From: Selaginella moellendorffii
Lineage: Eukaryota; Plantae; Lycopodiophyta
Direction of reading: 5' to 3'
DNA length: 64,000 bases
Assembly (NCBI RefSeq): GCF_000143415.4
Contig: NW_003314310.1
Location: 1-64,000, forward strand
The translations under genes and the position numbers were made by a program. Positions 36,301-45,130 of this stretch are shown in pieces; position 1 is the first letter of the stretch, and each line of letters starts with the position of its first letter. Under the pieces are notes generated by a model. The model did no database searches. It had not been told where the DNA came from and saw only the letters and a list, made by a program, of their open reading frames with translations.

Positions 36301-38732
36301 CACGTGAGGCCTCACGCCATTTTGATTATAGATCGTTGTGAATATTCAGACACGAGGACTGAAAAGCGCACTGGTGGCGCGTCGAAGAAGGACAAACAGA
36401 CAAGCAATAGGAAAAAAGGAGGTACAAATTATATTTGCAATGGCGTGTGGTCTCATGCCATTCCTTGCAGGAGACACTTCTTCAAAGGCAAAACAGGCAA
36501 GCACCAGCCAAGCTCAAACTGACAGTGGTCATAAAAAGCGAAAGCACGTTGGACAGTCGTCGGGATCAGAGGCGTTTGATTCAAAAAGGAAGAAGGGCAA
36601 CGAAAAGATGATAGGTAATGCCTCGCGGTTATGGCGTGTGTGCTCATGCCATTCATTGCAGATCAAGGGCTGAGTGAAAGGAGCCAGTCACCACCTTCTG
36701 ACTCAGATTCCTATGGCGGACTCCCCTTCCCCAATCTCAATGGAGAGGTACAATGGATGAGGGATGCTTTTCAAGTCAGGGCCACGTTTTTCTCATCTCG
36801 TCGTCTTCGAAGGGTGCAAGAACGTGCAGAAACCATGTTAAGACAGTCGGGTGAGGATACGGTCCTAGGTCACGCACTAAAACAGGCTATGGATGTCTTG
36901 TATTTTGAGATGGAGACTCGGCCAGATGATTTTTCCAAGATGGTCCTGGAAAAACAAGCAATCCAGCCTGAGCAGCCTATGGAAGAAATGCAAGAGGGGG
37001 ATGAGGAGCCAGAGAAAGATAATGAGCAGGAAGAGCAGAAGGACGAAGAGGAGGACAAAGAAGAGGAGGACGAAGAAGAGGAGGACGAAGAGGACTTGGA
37101 TGGTCCTCACAATGGTGACGATCACAATAACGACGATGACGATGATGACGATGATGGCCAGCCTGAGGTGGCCAAAGAGCAGCGGAGGAAGGTCATACAA
37201 GACAAACCATCAGGTAAATAATAGTACATCCATTCCTAACCTTTTACCATTTCTAACATTGTCCATGTAGGTCGCAGAAGAAATGGTAAGTAGAGATTAT
37301 TCAGTTGAATTAAGATACAAACTCTAGCCTTTAGTGTCGAGGAAGGATAGTGCCAAGCAAGGGTCGAAACGTATGTCCAATCCTTCAGAATCAGCAGTGC
37401 GCCCAAGTGATATCGGTCCTAGTTCCTCAATAGCAGTTGATGGTAAATACAGTATAGTCGATTCAATGTGCTAATGAGTTTGTTTTTAGTAGCACGGGAG
37501 GATACCATCTTAATCGAAGGGAGATATTTGGACATGCATATGGATCCGCCAGTGGACTCTACTTGCCTGCAAGAGTCATCAGAGCTGGTGGAGGCTACTA
37601 TCCATATCAACGCCAAGCAAGCTGACCACGCTCCACTTGATGCTGCTCATACCACTAAGTCAATCTTGTCCACGTATCCAACTGACGGTGACCAGGCGCC
37701 ATTGGACCCGCATGAGGCCGCCCCAGCCGCCGAGCCGGTCGTATCCTCATTTCCAACGTGTGCCCAATCGTCTGACTATGCGCCGTTGGAACCTCCCTAC
37801 ACCGCCCCTGCTGCCTGTTCGGTCATGTCCACTTTGCCAACGGAGGCACCAGCTGAAATGGCGTGTGATCACACGCCATCGGAACCACCCCATGCCACTG
37901 TTGAGCCAGTTGTACCAGAGTCTACAGCTGAAATGGCATGTGCCCACACGCCATCGGATGCGATTGACCCCACATTGCAGAGGAGAGTATTTCCGCCCTT
38001 CACGTTTCCTCGACCAAAACCCTCTGAACGACCATCGGGAGCACCATTCGCTAATATTGTAGATGGTAAAATTGACTTGTACCATTTTTTATGCTGACAC
38101 ATTTCATTTCAGAGTCACGGCGAAAGTACTGTATCGTTTTTGATCTGAACGGTGTCCTTTTCTCCCATGAGCGTGGCTCGTCCTCGAATGTCACTGCACC
38201 CTCCAAAGCCTGCGGTCGCAAGTTGGTCAAAAGAGACAGATTCACATTAATCACACGGGAGAAACTGCGGGATCTAATAATGACCATGCGACACTTAAAA
38301 CAGAGGGCCGGGTTCAATTTGCAATTGGGAGTTTGGACATCCATGATGCGCCACAATGCATTAACGTTGCTACAGATGATGCACGATCAGACGCGAGTAA
38401 TATTACCATTTGACTTTCTCCTAACGCAGGAGGATTGCTTGACTATGGTCCATGTGAGGGGTAGCAAGCCCATCTTCGTCAAGGCAGAGGCTGTAGTGAT
38501 GAACCGGACTGCTAGGTCAAGTGAAATCCTCATCATCGATGACTCGCCGATTAAAACTGCAGCGAACACGCACACATATGCAGTGCACCCCATCTCNNNN
38601 NNNNNNNNNNNNNNNNNNNNNNNNNNNNNNNNNNNNNNNNNNNNNNNNNNNNNNNNNNNNNNNNNNNNNNNNNNNNNNNNNNNNNNNNNNNNNNNNCGTA
38701 TTAGAGAAGAGATGGCATTACTATTGGGTTAA
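33385..38732 (+). CDS. Transposon cargo gene, about 11 exons and roughly 1500 aa: ParB/Srx-like domain, degenerate DNA-methyltransferase-like fold, basic/acidic disordered linker, FCP1/NIF-type HAD phosphatase; 1-2 in-frame TAG codons (possibly pseudogenised); 3' end crosses an N gap
   Basis: Exons joined in frame by GT-AG introns: 33385-33387, 33627-34805, 34860-36168, 36219-36293, 36350-36421, 36471-36614, 36662-37213, 37271-37285, 37335-37442, 37490-38065 and 38113-end (last eight introns all phase 1, 47-57 nt). Motifs: NHRLVSDEWVEKLKQKM..FYAVSGQHSSLA; KCVVEYNCGG..RAALLKGVPCVAV; IVFDLNGVL..GVWTSMMRHN..ILIIDDSPIK. Confidence 0.75.
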
Positions 38733-41700
38733 ATCCTGATAGTGTGGAGAGTGATGAAATTCCAAGATTATTGTATAGGCGTTGGAGGCAAAAAATAACA
38801 GTCTGAGATGGCATGTATTTATTTAAAAATGTAACTTATTATGGCATGGGGTTCCATGCCATTGTATTAATATTAAAAGACAATTCTTTGAGAGGATTTG
38901 CATTATACTAGAAGTGTTACAGCATGTTATTGGAAGTCTACGAAGTTGTTTTATTAATAAGGGGAAAGTAAAGATTGAATGGGGACTTGGGCTCCACCTA
39001 GACTCGGAGCAACTGAGCCAATATTAAAAGGATGGAAAGAAATTGGACGACGATGACAAGGAGAAGAGAGAGGTGAAGCAGTGAGAAGTGATTGAGTAGA
39101 CATTTCCTTGTTTAAAATAAAATGGCATGTGCCTCAATGCAGTTGAATTTTGTTATATTTATATACTATATAAAGGTTTGGAAACCTTATTTTACAAGTG
39201 GGATAATGACAATTCCCACTTTAACGAAATAGAGCTTTTTTCTAGAAAGGTGACCCTTGTGCCTTTCTTTTATAGTGTTCTACTTGGTGGCAGGTTGCAC
39301 CTTGCATTTCACTAAGACTCTATGAGAGTAGTGAGCTCTCACTGATCTTGACTTGGTCTTGGTGGCTCTGCGCCTTGGCTAAGGATGGTGATGTCCAACT
39401 TAGTTGTTTGAAGTTGAGATGTTAGTACCCGTACTATAGCTTTGTCTATGAGGAAGTTGTGTACTGATATGAGTTCATCTCATGGTCTTCACTTTAGTTT
39501 CGACTGAGTGTTGATCATGTATAACTAGCCTCTTCTAAGGCATGCTCAGAGCTGTTGGCTAAATGCATTGGTGAGCTTATTGCGGTTGAGTTGGAGTCGA
39601 GTAGTCATTTAGTTTGTGTTTGTCCATGAACCTTTATCTCGACCTGGGGTATCACATTCATGTTGGACAAGTATATAACTCGATAGCATGAGTTTAGTGT
39701 TTGGGTCTTGTGGAGACAAGTTGAAGAGTGGTTGTTAGTTGCTTTGCGACTAGTGATTGCTTGTAGATTTCGTCGAGGACTATTGACACTTACTTCGTTA
39801 TGCTTAGCTTTTGGATTGATGCAGACATGCTCTTCATTAGCTTTGGCATTATGAAGTTTAACTTATGGATGTGTTGAAGCGGATGTTGTGGGTTACACCA
39901 TGATTTCTTCTTTAGCATTGAAATTAGTTCATGCGAGACTTGTGATCATTATTAGGCAAGACTTAGCTATAGACTTCTTTGAGCTTTTGGTTCTTTGAGT
40001 TTTATACTCATTGTTCCATTTGGTAGAAGTTGTTGGGGAAGGCATTTTTGCTCATTAGCTTCAATGTTGAAGTTAGTATTTGCATCTGGCAATCATTGGT
40101 AATGATTGACTGTCATCTAGGATAGTTGATTATCCTTGTCAAAGATGTTGCTTGGTTATTGTTGATATAGAATGGTTTGTCATTCTGCGGGATGGTGGAT
40201 TCCTTCTTTGACAATGATTATGCATCTCTTTATTGATGGGATGGTTGATGATCTTTCATGATAGTTAGTTGTTCTCCTTGATGGCTTATGGCTTTTCGCA
40301 ATACCGCATGTTCTTTGTGGTTTGCTCTGGATTGGTCTGTTGGGTTTGAGACATCAAAAGGATGTTGCTGACACTTGCTTAAGCAACTCTGGTTCCTTGG
40401 TATTGTTGACCGGGATCTATTCGGATTGGCTCGTGTGATAGTTGGCATGAATGAGTATTTGTTGGCCATGCAACATTCATTCTATTGTGTTGATTATTGC
40501 TTGAGTTCGCTTTGATAGATTCGGATGTATTTCCTTCGGGTGATACATTCGTGAGCATTTTGCTTGTCAGTCAATGATACTTTGTGTTTTTTTTTTGAGT
40601 TATCTTTCGTAAGTTGTTTGGCATTCTGTCTGCAATCTTTAATAGTTAAACTTTATCATTGAGTTTACTTGATGATATACTTGCTATTGAATTTTGTCTA
40701 TTCTATCTAAACCTTACCGACGGGTTTGGTTTCTTTGCTCAGGAGGGTTGGGGCCTCCGGCTTCTCTCTCTATGTCTCTGCGGGCAGGGCATATCACACT
40801 TTTGTAAGCTGGGTGACACCTAGAGCAGCAAGGGTGGCTAACTCCGTTGGTCATTTCCTTGTCGGCGACGGCCGGAAGGTGTCTGAGCTGGTAGCGCATC
40901 CGCGTTAGACAAAGAGGTTGCCTCCTAACTCATTTAAGTTGGTGCATTTCTCATATAGTGTGAATACCGTGAACTTTTTCTGGAGTTGTTTCCTTGGCGG
41001 TATTCTAGACTCGAGTATGCATCGACGAGGACGTCGATCTTCCCTAGGGGGGGAGAGTGTCGTGAATGTGACTTCGGGTATCGAAAGTTACCTGTCGGCT
41101 AGTCCTTACGGACACTCTTACCTTACTGCCACGATGGCAGGAGGTCGGTATTGCTGGACCCGTTATCAGTTTCCCACTTGAGCTAGTTGAGAAACTGGTC
41201 AATGACCATGAACTTAGATTGGATAAACATAAGGTAGGAACCCTATGTGTTTCTTGCTGAGCATACTTGGCCTGGTTTGAGAAACTTGAGTCATTGGCTT
41301 GCACTTGCTAATATCAAGAACCCCCGCGATATTGAGCTTGGTCCCTCAATATCGCTAGATGATAGCTTACCGTGTCTGCCAAACACCCTCGCTATCATGC
41401 CCTTTGTGTTAGTCTCATTTTGGTCCCAAATGCTATTTATGGAAAGTGTCCAGATTTGCTCATTTGGCATATCTATGGAATGTAGAGATCGTCTTGAACA
41501 CAATGGTGTTCGTCTCATGTCCAAATTCGCAATTTAGGGACATTCCATATTTAGTAAGTTTCGAGCTTGTCCCAGAGACTAACTCCTGATATTAAGGGTG
41601 AAAGCCCAAAGCGTGTGTTCCTCAAGGGGGGGGGGGGCTATGGGGGGTTCCAAATGTATAGTAGGGATAGTGGGTAGGTTGGGCATGGCCGACCAACCTG

Positions 41701-42210
41701 AGGCATAGTCTAGCTCCCGCTTGCGTGCCTGTCCTTGTTCTGTGTCCGGCTTGGGTCTAAGCCCAAGTTCCATTCCATGCTAGTTGGTGGAGTACCCATG
41801 TCCTCGCGTTAGGCCACCGGTATGCCGAAATAGCGCCAGACTCCATTTGGCTCCGTTTTGCATGCTGGTCCTGGCATTGGGATGCTAGTTGCTCCAGGAC
41901 TGTTCCAAGTCGCTCCGGGCTCCTGTCCTTTCGTTCCTTGGGCTGTATGCTTGGGAGTTGCTCCGTGGCTCGATTCCGTCACTCCTTGGCTTCGTGCTTG
42001 GGAGTTTGCAACCGTTCCTTTGTTCAGTGGCCCAAGGCCCTGAACCTCGGGTTCCTATGGACACATGGCATGGACACGTGGCATGTGACACGTGGCATCT
42101 GTCACGTGGCACAAAGAGGGTTTAGGTTCCGCTTCGTGGTGTTATCCTATGGTAAATCACTATAGGATAAAGGGTCAAAACCACGTGCGCTACATTTGGT
42201 ATCAGAGGAG

Positions 42211-42860
42211 TGTAGCGCATGTGATCATGGGATGAGATTTGGATATACTGTCACCGTGGATCCTTGGAACCTTGGGGGATAAATGGGGATAAAATAGCCA
42301 TTAAGGGCTCTCTCATCAAGCAATTGCCCCTTTTCCAGTTGGCTTAAGGGGAAAGAGATAAGGTGCACTACAGTTGGTATCGGAGCAAATGGCACGGGTT
42401 CGATTCCCATTGATTAGTGGCTACTTAAAAAGTATAATATACCCTTGAGCAAGGTATATTCCTACCCCTAAATTTGAAATCGTATGTATTGGACATCCAT
42501 GCGTACGTCCTTCCTCTTGTGTGGAGTATCCACGGACGAAGGTATCCACCGTGGTACGGGTGGATGACTAGTTGCCTCACATGGAATAGCTGGTCTACAC
42601 AATGGAAGGATTGGTAGATTGAGTGCGGAAATGGAGATGCTGGTTCCCCTTGGCTCAGTAGGGGTTGTTAGTCTACACAATGGAAGGATTGGTAGATTGA
42701 GGCTGGTTCCCCTTGGCTCAGTAGGGGTTGTTAGTTAATAGTCAATGAGGACATTGACATCTCTGAAGGGGGGGTGAGTGTAGTGGGGGATAAATGGGGA
42801 TAAAATAGCCACTAAGGGCTCTCTCATCAAGCAATTGCCCCTTTTCCAGGACCACTTTGG
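42211..42860 (+). mobile_element. TRIM (terminal-repeat retrotransposon in miniature) with deleted 3' LTR
   Basis: 162-bp 5' LTR at 42211-42372 (TGTAGCGCA..TGCACTACA), PBS TGGTATCGGAGC just after it, PPT GAAGGGGGGGTGAG ending at 42778, second LTR from 42779 sharing a ~64-bp block with the first. Confidence 0.8.
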
Positions 42861-45130
42861 CTCAGACAGGTTCAACAAGTCGTATCTTGCAGGAAACAGC
42901 AGCTCTCAAAGGAATCATTGACATTGGACGGGCATTGACCCCTGAAGAACTCAGGGCATGGCAAAAGGAGTATGCATTGGGAGTTTATATCGAGGCCAGA
43001 ATGTTCAACCTAGCAGTTGGTAGACATGCCCAATGCAGTTCCATGTTTCCTTTGCCTTCACTGAAGGCTTTGCATGAAGACTTCTTGGATGAGATATACC
43101 ATGAAATGGTTGAGCGCATTGATCAACAACTTGAGAAAGCTACAGGTGCGTACAGCCCACGACTGCTTTGCTTGGTAACGGATGGTTGGAAGACAGTTAG
43201 TGGGTTGCATATTCAGAATATTATGATCGTTGATGCAGCACACTATGAAGAGTATTTTTATGGCTCATTTGAGTTCTGTGAATCTTCAGATATGTGTTGC
43301 TTTTTCATGTAATGTCCAATTAACTTGTTTGATTTGCAATGCAGCTGATATCTTGTATAGCAAATTGAAGAGTGTGGTTTCGGCTATAAACACTCGGGTA
43401 CTTGCTGATGATGCAAATGTAGCCATAAGCAACATCCTTGGCAATGGAAACATATTACATGATCAAATGCAACATATAGAAAGGAAGCGTGGATTATTAG
43501 CTATATTAGCGGACAATGCGGCCAACATGCTGAGTTTGAAGATATGTGGAGTGTTCCATGCTCGTGTCATGCTCTGAACCTTGTACTAACATCTTGGGCA
43601 AGTTTGGACAACATCAAACAATATCTGGACATAGGGAAGTGTATAGTTCAATTTGTGAAGAACTCCACTCGTATGCATGCTTTTTATCAAGCTCAGCATC
43701 CTAAGCAGCAACTCATCAGACCTGTCACTACTCGGTGAGTATTAGAGTTGTGTAACTGTCTGTTACTGACTTTAACACTTTTTTTGTTGCTTTCACAGGT
43801 TTGAAACCTATTATTACATGCTCAGGCGATTATGGGAAGAGCATGGAGCATTGCAGAGGTTGTTTAGGAGTACTGGATTTAAAGATTGGCTATGAAGCCA
43901 ACCCGCAACAACAACAGAGACTGCTAACCAAGCCATGACGGCAGTGGAGGATTTTAATTTCTGGGTGGGTGTTGAGAAGGTGATGTAGTTGATGGAGCTA
44001 GTGGTGATGGCAATCAAGTTCTTTGATCACTCAGCTTCAACCATTGGCTTTGTGTGGCAAGCATGGCATTTTTTGAAGTTCAAGACAGTAGCAGTTACAG
44101 GTTTCAGTGCGGAGGACAAACAGCAGCTTGAAGACTTTTTGCAAAAACAGGAGGATCAGTACATGAGATCTTGTGACTTGTTTGGGGCAGCCTGATGTGT
44201 AAATCCGCATTACAAGGAGGATAGAAACAGACAGGAAGTGACAGCAGCATTCAGTCATGTTCAACATCGTTTCTATCCAAATGCTGAAGATGCCCACAAG
44301 CTAAATTAGGAGTACTTTGCATATGTCAATGGAACTAGCCCCTTTTCCATTGCAGACAGCCGTGATGCACAAGAATTGCTTAAGGAAGGCAAGGATGGAG
44401 ATTCACCTTGGCATGTTTGGGCCTTTACGGTCAGTTTCAGCTGTGACTAGGGGGTAGTGCTTTGGAGGTTTGCGTGCTATATTCTTGGTTTGACAACTTC
44501 GAATTCTGCAGCTAAGCAGAATTTTAGTACATACAGCAATGTCTTGACACTAAAGTGGAATAATTAAGCCCTTTGTTCATTTATAAACATGAAGAACTTG
44601 TCTGACATTGGTCTCACTTGTGTGTAGACTGCATCTAGAGCGGGCTGAGAAGGTCATTCATATTTACCAAAACCATCAAATTTGGGATAGGAAGGAATCT
44701 GAAACTTCTTGCAGCTCTGCAACATGGACTAGAGGAGAATTTGATATTCCAAAAGAGAACGACTCTCCAGTTGTAGGAGGCAATGGCACAGGCCACACAA
44801 CCATAGGTTTCAGGTCCTATGCGAAAGTTGACGCTGATGATTCCATGTTTGAAGACGAAGATGATGACTTCGACCGGGATTCTAATCTTAGGTTAGCTAA
44901 TGGGAGGTAAGCTTCTTCATTTACTTCTATCCAAGCTGATAGTATGCAATACTATGCATGACAGTGAGATTAGTGGCCTTGGGGACGACATGGGCTAGGT
45001 AACTGGTGTGGAGAGCTTACTTGCATCTCTCATGCCTCCTCCTTTCAAGTGCAAACGTCTAAATGAGGGAGATTCGAGTGCCGCTGCAGTCAGAAAAAGG
45101 AAAATCCATTTGTTAGCTGATTTGGACTAA
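42861..45130 (+). pseudogene. 3' part of the hAT transposase gene (catalytic and dimerisation regions), with short introns and multiple stops
   Basis: LVTDGW, LADNAANM, PCSCHALNL and RPVTTR(F) motifs, and TTSNSAAKQNFS where the catalytic E of the ER.FS motif is replaced. Confidence 0.85.

Larger units (their letters stand above)
26451..39142. repeat. Dispersed 20-bp palindromic motif TGGCRTG-N6-CAYGCCA, about 26 copies restricted to the DNA transposon
   Basis: Copies, some with one degenerate arm, start at 26451, 26767, 26856, 28679, 28736, 30582, 30652 (perfect palindrome TGGCATGAGGCCTCATGCCA), 30750, 31304, 31340, 31412, 32276, 32355, 32514, 32649, 33414, 33491, 33551, 34828, 36300, 36441, 36632, 37859, 37934, 38842 and 39123. 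Confidence 0.93.
26224..39237. mobile_element. 13.0-kb cut-and-paste DNA transposon (Sola-like) with transposase and cargo gene
   Basis: Perfect 24-bp TIRs AAGCTCTATTTCGTTAAAGTGGGA at 26224-26247 and 39214-39237; TTTT at 26220-26223 and 39238-39241; the paralogous empty site in copy A (about 18591-18610, minus strand GCACTTTTCTAAG) has a single TTTT. Confidence 0.93.
21763..42210 (+). mobile_element. Same LTR family in opposite orientation as a tandem multimer: partial internal - LTR - internal (split by the DNA transposon) - LTR - PBS
   Basis: 21763-22932 is the reverse complement of about 15627-16850; LTRs at 22933-24185 (contains N gap) and 41058-42194 each have a PPT upstream and TTTGGTATCAGAG downstream; internal halves 24186-26223 and 39238-41057 join collinearly with copy A apart from deletions. 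Confidence 0.88.

Noticed and set aside
26451-39142. Palindromic repeats as a CRISPR-like array
   Set aside because: Spacing is highly irregular (36 bp to about 1.8 kb), copies lie in introns and exons, there are no cas genes, and the context is eukaryotic
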